Part shown: piece after piece, positions 26,678-32,000 of the stretch
How the letters are laid out: every line of letters begins with the position of its first letter
Numbering within the stretch: the first letter of the stretch is position 1
Assembly (NCBI GenBank): GCA_016220175.1
Contig: JACRHZ010000017.1
Coordinates: forward strand, 25,782 to 57,781
DNA from: Candidatus Peregrinibacteria bacterium
GTDB lineage: Bacteria > Patescibacteriota > Gracilibacteria > CAIRYL01
Direction of reading: 5' to 3'
DNA length: 32,000 nt
Translations under genes and position numbers: made by a program
The notes under the pieces: generated by a model
Told to the model about the DNA's origin: nothing
Database searches by the model: none
What the model saw: the letters and a program-made list of their open reading frames with translations, nothing else

Positions 26678-27991
26678 TTATGGAGTAAGACGATTGAGCA
26701 TTCGTGGGAAGGGGATTGTTTCGCGAATATGATGAATTCCTGAAACCCATCTTGTCATTCGTTCAATACCAATGCCAAAACCACAATGTGGTACAGATCC
26801 ATATTTTCTAAGATCAAGATACCATTCAAAAATGGACACGGGAAGATTGTGAGATTTTATTCCTTCGAGTAATTTTTTATAATCATCTTCTCTCTGGCTT
26901 CCTCCAATAATTTCACCAAACCCACGAGGAGCAAGTACGTCAGCATTAAAAACACGGTCTCCGTTACTCGGATCTGTTTTTCTTGTGGTATAGTTTTTCA
27001 TGTAGAACGGCTTAATACTTTTTGGCCAGTTTTTCACGATCACTCCTGCATCCGAATCTTTTGTAAGGAGCTCTTCCTCAGGTGCTCCTAAGTCTTCACC
27101 GTACTTAATTCCTGAGCCAAGTTCTTGGAGTTTTTTGATAGCATCAGGGTATTCGTAATGAATGAATGGAATTTCCAGGAACATTTCTAATTCTTTGATG
27201 TTTCGTTCCAACATTTCTAATTCTTTTTTCCCGTGCTCCAAGACGAATTTCACCATCGCTTTCATGCACTCCTCTTGGATTTTCAAACTTTCCTCGTGAT
27301 CAATAAAAGCAATTTCTGGGTTCAGAGTCCAGAATTCAGTGAGGTGTTTTCGCGTTTTTGATTTTTCTGCTCGAAAATTTGGACAGAGGTCATACACTTT
27401 TCCAAATGCCATACACATAGCTTCAAGGTAGAGTTGACCATTTTGTGTGAGATATGCCGTGTCATCGAAATATTTTACTTCAAAAAGATCAGTAGTACCT
27501 TCGCATGCATTCGGAGTAAATGTTGGAGTATCGAGCTCAATGTACGAATTTTCATTGAAATACTTCTGGAATCCGGTTTTTACCAAATGGCGGATACGAA
27601 GAACAGCCCACTGACTCTCTGACCTCAGCCACAAGTGTCGATTGTTCAGCAAAAAATCAGGACCGTGATCTTTTTTCCCAATCGGATATTCTCCTTCTAC
27701 CAGTTGAATAATCTTAATATTTTTCACCTGCAATTCGAAAACATCATCTTGTCTTGGATGCTTCGTTACTTCTCCCGTTACATGCACAGAAGATTCAATA
27801 GTCAGTCTTTTTGCCGTTTCAAACACTTCCTCCGAAACAGAATCTTTTCCGACAATTCCCTGAAGAAAACCGCTTCCATCACGAAGCTCCAGAAAAATAA
27901 TTTTTCCGCTTTCTCGTTTATTGCACATCCACCCTCTCAAAGTAATTTCTTCCCCGACGTGATCTTTCATATTTCGGATTTCGATGTTCAT
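26678..27991 (-). CDS. asnS: asparaginyl-tRNA synthetase (class IIb; archaeal-type AspRS not fully excluded)
   Basis: OB-fold N-terminus, FRAEKSKTRKHLTEFW motif 2, GFGIGIERM motif 3, ...IPFPRMLNRLTP C-terminus. YLTQNGQLYLE (Gly where AspRS has QSPQ) favours AsnRS. Confidence 0.75.
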   Translation of the reverse strand: MNIEIRNMKDHVGEEITLRGWMCNKRESGKIIFLELRDGSGFLQGIVGKDSVSEEVFETAKRLTIESSVHVTGEVTKHPRQDDVFELQVKNIKIIQLVEGEYPIGKKDHGPDFLLNNRHLWLRSESQWAVLRIRHLVKTGFQKYFNENSYIELDTPTFTPNACEGTTDLFEVKYFDDTAYLTQNGQLYLEAMCMAFGKVYDLCPNFRAEKSKTRKHLTEFWTLNPEIAFIDHEESLKIQEECMKAMVKFVLEHGKKELEMLERNIKELEMFLEIPFIHYEYPDAIKKLQELGSGIKYGEDLGAPEEELLTKDSDAGVIVKNWPKSIKPFYMKNYTTRKTDPSNGDRVFNADVLAPRGFGEIIGGSQREDDYKKLLEGIKSHNLPVSIFEWYLDLRKYGSVPHCGFGIGIERMTRWVSGIHHIRETIPFPRMLNRLTP

Positions 27992-28051
27992 ATGTGGAAA
28001 AAAACATTGCTGAGTCTAATTGGTGAGAGGAAAAAGTACAAGAAAAAAACA

Positions 28052-30229
28052 TTACTTTTCCGGAGCCACTTCGTAATAGTCGAGGAGAAATTCTGCAATG
28101 AGTTTAAAAGTTGGTGCCGCAGTGTTTTCTCCCCAAGTACTTGGACCGATTCTGGGACGATCAAATTTCACCAGAATAACGAATTTTGGATCGTCTGCTG
28201 GAGCATATCCTGCAAAGCTCGTAATAGTAGAACCATCGTGGGATGTATCTTCATAATTCCCGTCAGCTCCCGCAATTTGTGATGTTCCAGTTTTTCCGGC
28301 AACTTTATATCCGGGAACTCCACCCTTTCTGGCTACGCCATTTTCCACTGAAGAAACAAGCATTGATGTAAGAGTTGCAGCAGTATCAGCCTTCAGCACG
28401 CTTTTGTATTTTGGTTCAGTTTTTTGAGTACTGCCATCCGGATGTTGGATTTCCGAAACAATATGAGGTTCCGGAAGGAGTCCTCCATTTGCAAGTGTAG
28501 ACCATGCAGTAATAACCTGAAGCGGCGTTGTTGAAATTCCCTGTCCAAACGCGGTATTTAAAAGTGCGGCAGTTGACCACTTTGTGTAATGATTTAGTTT
28601 TCCAGGAATTTCTTGCGCCAATTCTACAAATGTTTCTTTTCCAAATCCAAATTCATTCAGATATTCATACATCACTCCTTTTCCGAGTTTTTTCGCTACA
28701 GCCGCCATTCCTAAATTTGCTGATCGTTCGAGGACTTGTATCATGGTCTGCACACCCAAATATTTCCCGTCTCCATTTTTAATTGGCACGAGTTCTCCTC
28801 CAACATCGACTTGAATTGGTCCGTTCTCAATGTATGTTGAAGAAGGGCGAACTTCACCGGTATCGAGTCCAATAGACATGACGACTGGTTTAAATACTGA
28901 TCCCGGTTCATATATTTCCTGAACAGTTTTATTCAAATATGAGCGAGGTCCTGCGAAATTTTCATAAATATAAAATTCAGGATTGTATTCAAGTTTCCAG
29001 GCTTCTTCATATTCATCAAATGTTGCAGGGATAAGTTCTTCACTCGGATCCTCAGGATTTTTTTTCAGAAGTGGAATAGATTTGCCAATGGAATTAAAAT
29101 CATCGGGAGTTATTCTCCGTGTGAGATAAACATTTCCAAATTCATTCGGATTAAATGTCGGATAATTTGCCATCGCCAGAATATATCCGTTTTTTGGATT
29201 CATGACGATCACTTGTCCGGAATCAGCTTTATATGCGTGAACTCGCTCTGCCAAAACATCCTCCACCTTTTTTTGAATAATGCGATCAAGAGTGAGAACA
29301 ACATCACTTCCGTCAATGGCTTTCTGAAAATCTTCAACAGAGAGACCAATAGATCTTCCTATGGTATCAGTTCTCCCGGTGTAGACCCCCTTTTGACCAG
29401 AAAGAATCCCATTAAGTTTTTCTTCTACTCCATACTGACCAGTGCCGTCATGATTTACAAATCCCAAAACCTGCGAGGCAAGTTCGTTCTCCGGATAATA
29501 ACGCAAATTTTTTGGTTCCAAAATTATTCCTTTAAAGTAATCAGGAATTGCCGTAGCCGTTGATTTTTTTTCAGCAAAAAGACGGGCTCGATCGCGTTTA
29601 TGCTCCAGTGTATATTTATCCTTGAGATCTCGTATTTTTTTTGATTCTTCAGGAGAAAGTTGCCTTTTTATAAGTACATACCTGTTTTCAGTATTAATTT
29701 TCCGAAAAATCTCAGCTTTTTTTTTCTGAAGAGCTTCCTCAAAAGTCGGGAGAAGCGGATCCTCATGAAGAAGTTCCTGACTCTTTTCATCAATTTTTGG
29801 TTCGGGATAAATCACGCTTTCCTCGGGGCATAAAGTTGGATCTTTTTGGCATGCTGCATATTCTTCTTCACGGAAAATAATAGGGGTGAGAAGTTCGACC
29901 ACTAAATGCTTATCAGGAGTTTCCTCTGCATCCACCCGGAGTTCATCAAGAGAAGTGTTAAGCGCCAATTTGAGGAGATTCCCTGTTTTAGAATCTCTTA
30001 CAAGAATATTTCCTCTGCGAGCGGAAAATTCAATCTCAGAAGAAACTTGCGATTGAATTTTCTTTTGGTAATATGATCCATTGACGACTTGAAGCTGAAA
30101 TAATCTCACAAAGATAATTCCAAAAACGAGAATTACTACAGCGGTAAGGATTCGGATTCGATTCGGAAAAAGAATCGATCCAGAAGAAGCTGATGTGCGC
30201 CATCGATTTCGCCACTTTTTTCGAACCAC
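28052..30229 (-). CDS. class B penicillin-binding protein (PBP2/FtsI-type transpeptidase)
   Basis: N-terminal TM anchor ILTAVVILVFGIIFV. SxxK (GSVFKP), SxN (ERSANLG) and KTGT (AGKTGTSQ) motifs. GTG start at 30229, with no nearby in-frame ATG. Confidence 0.9.
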   Translation of the reverse strand: MVRKKWRNRWRTSASSGSILFPNRIRILTAVVILVFGIIFVRLFQLQVVNGSYYQKKIQSQVSSEIEFSARRGNILVRDSKTGNLLKLALNTSLDELRVDAEETPDKHLVVELLTPIIFREEEYAACQKDPTLCPEESVIYPEPKIDEKSQELLHEDPLLPTFEEALQKKKAEIFRKINTENRYVLIKRQLSPEESKKIRDLKDKYTLEHKRDRARLFAEKKSTATAIPDYFKGIILEPKNLRYYPENELASQVLGFVNHDGTGQYGVEEKLNGILSGQKGVYTGRTDTIGRSIGLSVEDFQKAIDGSDVVLTLDRIIQKKVEDVLAERVHAYKADSGQVIVMNPKNGYILAMANYPTFNPNEFGNVYLTRRITPDDFNSIGKSIPLLKKNPEDPSEELIPATFDEYEEAWKLEYNPEFYIYENFAGPRSYLNKTVQEIYEPGSVFKPVVMSIGLDTGEVRPSSTYIENGPIQVDVGGELVPIKNGDGKYLGVQTMIQVLERSANLGMAAVAKKLGKGVMYEYLNEFGFGKETFVELAQEIPGKLNHYTKWSTAALLNTAFGQGISTTPLQVITAWSTLANGGLLPEPHIVSEIQHPDGSTQKTEPKYKSVLKADTAATLTSMLVSSVENGVARKGGVPGYKVAGKTGTSQIAGADGNYEDTSHDGSTITSFAGYAPADDPKFVILVKFDRPRIGPSTWGENTAAPTFKLIAEFLLDYYEVAPEK

Positions 30230-30261
30230 AGGAAGTGAGTGAGTAAGTTGTAAAGATCCAG

Positions 30262-30420
30262 TTAGAAATTTTGAATTCTTAATTTTGAATTTTGAATTAA
30301 ATTCTAATTTCTAATGTTTAAACACAAGGTGTAAACTGGTGAAAAATGGAATGCTTAAAAATTAAGATTTAAAATTTATTTAAAAAATTCAAAACTCAAA
30401 ATTTATAATTCAAAATTTTT
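30262..30420. repeat. AT-rich palindromic intergenic element, copy E (dut-PBP spacer)
   Basis: Left arm TTTTGAA/TTCTTAA heptamers (30269-30296) plus aaattctaatttctaat. Right arm cttaaaaattaagatttaaaatttatttaaaa plus AAAATTC-type heptamers (30384-30418). The outer ~35 nt of the arms are near-complementary. Confidence 0.8.
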
Positions 30421-30861
30421 TTACCCCGTGCTTCCAAATCCACCTCTCGTATTCGCCTCAATTTCATGATGTTCCATCTCTTCCCAAATTGCTTTTTCAA
30501 TTTTCACAAACATTCCCTGGGCAATTTTCTCCCCGCGCTTCACCCACACTGTTTCATCAGAAAAATTCCTGACCTGTATGAGGATTTCGTCTTGAGGACC
30601 ACAATAATCCTGATCAATAATTCCAATAGAATGCGGCATATCGAGATGTTTCTTTTTCGGGGTTGATGATCTCGGAGCAATAATAAGCGCATGATTCGCT
30701 GGTGTTGAAATAACAAGTCCGGTAGAAATTCTTGCAATTTCTCGTGGAGGAATCTCTGTATCTTTTGCAGCAACAAAATCAAATCCCACTGCCCCCGGAG
30801 TTTCAAACTGTGGCAAGGGAAGATCTTTTCCATGCGGAAGACGGGTAATCCGAATTTTCAT
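30421..30861 (-). CDS. dut: dUTP diphosphatase (trimeric dUTPase)
   Basis: 146 aa. AVGFDF, GIIDQDYCG and C-terminal RGGFGSTG motifs. Confidence 0.9.
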   Translation of the reverse strand: MKIRITRLPHGKDLPLPQFETPGAVGFDFVAAKDTEIPPREIARISTGLVISTPANHALIIAPRSSTPKKKHLDMPHSIGIIDQDYCGPQDEILIQVRNFSDETVWVKRGEKIAQGMFVKIEKAIWEEMEHHEIEANTRGGFGSTG

Positions 30862-30914
30862 TTTCTCTTAAAAATAAAAAACTGCAGGACGCAGTATAGC
30901 AGAAATCAATGACG

Positions 30915-31000
30915 AAAAAGTACAAAATTAAAAGTACAAAGTACAAAATATGAAATCCTTTTTTAAGTTTTGTACTTTGTGCTTTGTACTTTGTACTTTT
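30915..31000. repeat. long imperfect palindrome built from AGTACAA / CTTTGTA heptamers
   Basis: Left arm aaaagtacaaaattaaaagtacaaagtacaaaat. Right arm gttttgtactttgtgctttgtactttgtactttt. Loop of about 17 nt. It starts immediately after the stop codon of the SLH/sortase-like gene (minus strand) and probably acts as its terminator. Confidence 0.85.
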
Positions 31001-31003
31001 CGC

Positions 31004-32000
31004 TTAGATAGATGACGCCGATTTTCCCATAAATATCCAGCGTTCCGACGGATCTTCTGCAGAAGTAAAGAGGATGAGTCCGGTATCTTTTGGAGCATTT
31101 TTGATTTTTTCTATTTCATTTTCACGAGCTTTTTCACGGCTCTCCAAAGTGAAGAATAAGTTTTTTCCATTGAGTTTAAGTTCTATAGCATCTGCAATCT
31201 TGAGAGAATCAACAAGTGGCTTAAAGAGGCTTGCATTCGGGTTTTTATTATTTGGATTTGAAGAAGCATGAGCAAAAATAATAAGAGTTCCATTTTCATT
31301 AGGGACCTCATAAAATCCGCCGCCTTTTGCAAGATCACGTGCCCAAACGCTGGCATCGCTGAGGAGAGTTCGAGAAATAACCACATCTTTCATGTTGAGC
31401 ACAGGGATGCTCATTCTGATGGTATCGACAAATTCATCACTTCCTCCATCCTCCATGAAAAGAGTTCGATAAATGATATCAAAGATTTGACCTCGTGTGA
31501 TCGGCTTATCCCATTTTTTCGAGTTATAAAAGTCTGAGGACACGAGATTTTTTGAACGGAGAAAATCATAATAGGGCTTAGCCCAATGACCTTTTCCAGA
31601 ATTTGGGGAGATATTGGGATTGAGTTGGAATCCAGAGATAATAACTTTCATAGTTTCTGCCATAGTGATATTTTTTCCGACTCCGAAGACATTTCCGCCA
31701 TATCCTTCCATGATTTTGGCAGTGGAGACGAAATTGACGTAGGGGGTATACCATTCTTTCGCTTTGGCATCGCGAAATCCCGCAGTGAATTTTCCTGGGA
31801 TTTTACTTTGAGAAGCGCGGACAATAATTTTTGCCACTTCTTCACGGGTGATATTTGCATCGAGTTTTAGGGAACCATCTTTATATCCCTGAATAACTCC
31901 TTGGTTATACAAAGCGACAGCAGCTTTATAATAGACATGGTCTGGCTTTGTGTCCGAGAAGAGAGAAGCGATTTTTTGTTGATCACCGGGAGTTATGTAT
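31004..32000 (-). CDS. SLH-domain (x3) protein with C-terminal sortase-like domain lacking the catalytic Cys (5' end lies off the window)
   Basis: The frame stays open past the TTG at 31912 to the window edge (...FSDTKPDHVYYKAAVALYNQGVIQGYKDGSLKLDANITREEVAKII is an SLH repeat). Two further SLH repeats follow. The C-terminal ~150 aa has a sortase-like order: IPVLN..., IIFAHASS (His), LILFTSAED in place of TLxTC, ERWIF (Arg). Confidence 0.7.
   Translation of the reverse strand, partial: YITPGDQQKIASLFSDTKPDHVYYKAAVALYNQGVIQGYKDGSLKLDANITREEVAKIIVRASQSKIPGKFTAGFRDAKAKEWYTPYVNFVSTAKIMEGYGGNVFGVGKNITMAETMKVIISGFQLNPNISPNSGKGHWAKPYYDFLRSKNLVSSDFYNSKKWDKPITRGQIFDIIYRTLFMEDGGSDEFVDTIRMSIPVLNMKDVVISRTLLSDASVWARDLAKGGGFYEVPNENGTLIIFAHASSNPNNKNPNASLFKPLVDSLKIADAIELKLNGKNLFFTLESREKARENEIEKIKNAPKDTGLILFTSAEDPSERWIFMGKSASSI

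Noticed and set aside
1-32000. Alternative genetic code (UGA as Gly or Trp, as in some candidate phyla or Mollicutes)
   Set aside because: Long conserved ORFs are intact under the standard code. TGA is used as a genuine stop at positions matching expected protein ends, for example hydG at 12706-12708 and the S8 protease at 9028-9030.

Overview
AT-rich, gene-dense bacterial chromosomal window read in the standard genetic code. I call 22 protein-coding genes, 2 of them cut by the window edges. I found no rRNA, tRNA, CRISPR array, transposase or integrase. Left to right: the 3' part of an OmpR-type response regulator; serS; a 1643-aa secreted surface protein (RTX-like repeats, 8 beta-sandwich modules, thrombospondin type-3 repeats, SLH anchor); an S8 subtilase; a MOP-type flippase; a four-gene group 3b [NiFe] hydrogenase operon in hydB-hydG-hydD-hydA order; a copper cluster on the minus strand (csoR, an HMA/DsbD-like/2x cupredoxin membrane protein, copZ, and copA with a 257-aa C-terminal extension); a YtxH-like protein; aroA; aroK; alpha-glucan phosphorylase; an SLH-anchored CE4 deacetylase; asnS; a class B PBP; dut; and an SLH-anchored sortase-like protein. 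The gene set and style suggest an uncultivated small-genome monoderm lineage (CPR/Peregrinibacteria-like), but that is inference only, with no marker RNA present. I see no defence or mobile system. The most unusual signal is non-coding. Many intergenic spacers are built from tandem 7-nt words arranged as long imperfect palindromes. One AT-rich palindromic element family recurs at least 5 times, always between co-directional genes, including twice inside the hydrogenase operon. Repeat edges even supply the stop codons of unrelated genes. Other points worth a look: a repeated 15-mer likely to be the CsoR operator, an extracytoplasmic tandem-repeat domain fused to CopA, a sortase-like domain with Ser where the catalytic Cys is expected, and an apparent absence of Shine-Dalgarno motifs.
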